Of a stretch of DNA of 64,000 nucleotides, positions 63,757 through 64,000 are shown one piece after another (within the stretch, counting starts at the first letter, position 1; each line of letters opens with the position of its first letter). The position numbers were made by a program, and so were the translations under genes. The stretch is from Camelus dromedarius (Eukaryota), in assembly GCF_036321535.1 (NCBI RefSeq), contig NC_087447.1:372001-436000 (forward strand). Direction: 5' to 3'. The notes under the pieces were generated by a model. The model was given only the letters and a program-made list of their open reading frames with translations, made no database searches and had not been told where the DNA came from.

Positions 63757-64000
63757 GGCCTGCCCAGCGCCGTCCTGGCTGGAGTGGAGGAAGCAGAAAA
63801 TTCTGGGGACACCCAGAACTGTTTTCAGGGTTCCTGTGATCACACGTGGTCTGTGCACCTGTCCTGTTCACAGTTTAAAACTAGACTTTTTTTATTTGTA
63901 CATTATAGATACACACTGTTCCCACTGTGTTCTAATTTATCAAAAATGGATTATCTTTAGAGATGTCTCAGTTGGCTCAGTACTTGAAAGGTGAACTTTG

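Noticed and set aside
63757-64000. IRF7 coding sequence and the PHRF1 poly(A) site
   Set aside because: Neither is visible; the window ends inside the PHRF1 3'UTR.

Overview
GC-rich mammalian genomic DNA, orthologous to human 11p15.5. Gene order: HRAS non-coding first exon (-), LRRC56 (+), LMNTD2/C11orf35 (-), RASSF7 (+), MIR210/MIR210HG (-), PHRF1 (+). I traced the exons by hand using GT-AG sites and reading-frame phase. The models are LRRC56 (11 coding exons, 552 aa), RASSF7 (5 coding exons, 359 aa), PHRF1 (17 coding exons, 1632 aa) and LMNTD2 (14 coding segments, about 658 aa, one junction unresolved). One tRNA-derived SINE and the absence of Alu, B1, BovB or PRE-1 elements suggest a camelid, which is an inference. 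Introns carry old L1, L2, MIR and MLT1 repeats, and there is one 145-N gap. The most notable observations are four. (1) An upstream ATG in PHRF1 exon 1 is in frame across the splice junction and would add a 56-aa polyalanine N-terminal extension encoded by a GCG repeat; a short uORF also overlaps the main ATG. (2) RASSF7 has three possible C-termini through intron retention, one of which reopens the human-type frame. (3) LMNTD2 has a frame-breaking 47/59-nt segment near its 3' end. (4) An LRRC56 splice donor appears shifted by 27 nt. Smaller observations include a perfect RFX X-box, a CCAAT array with about 40-bp spacing and a duplicated splice donor. Comparisons with human or mouse sequences are from memory and need alignment to confirm.
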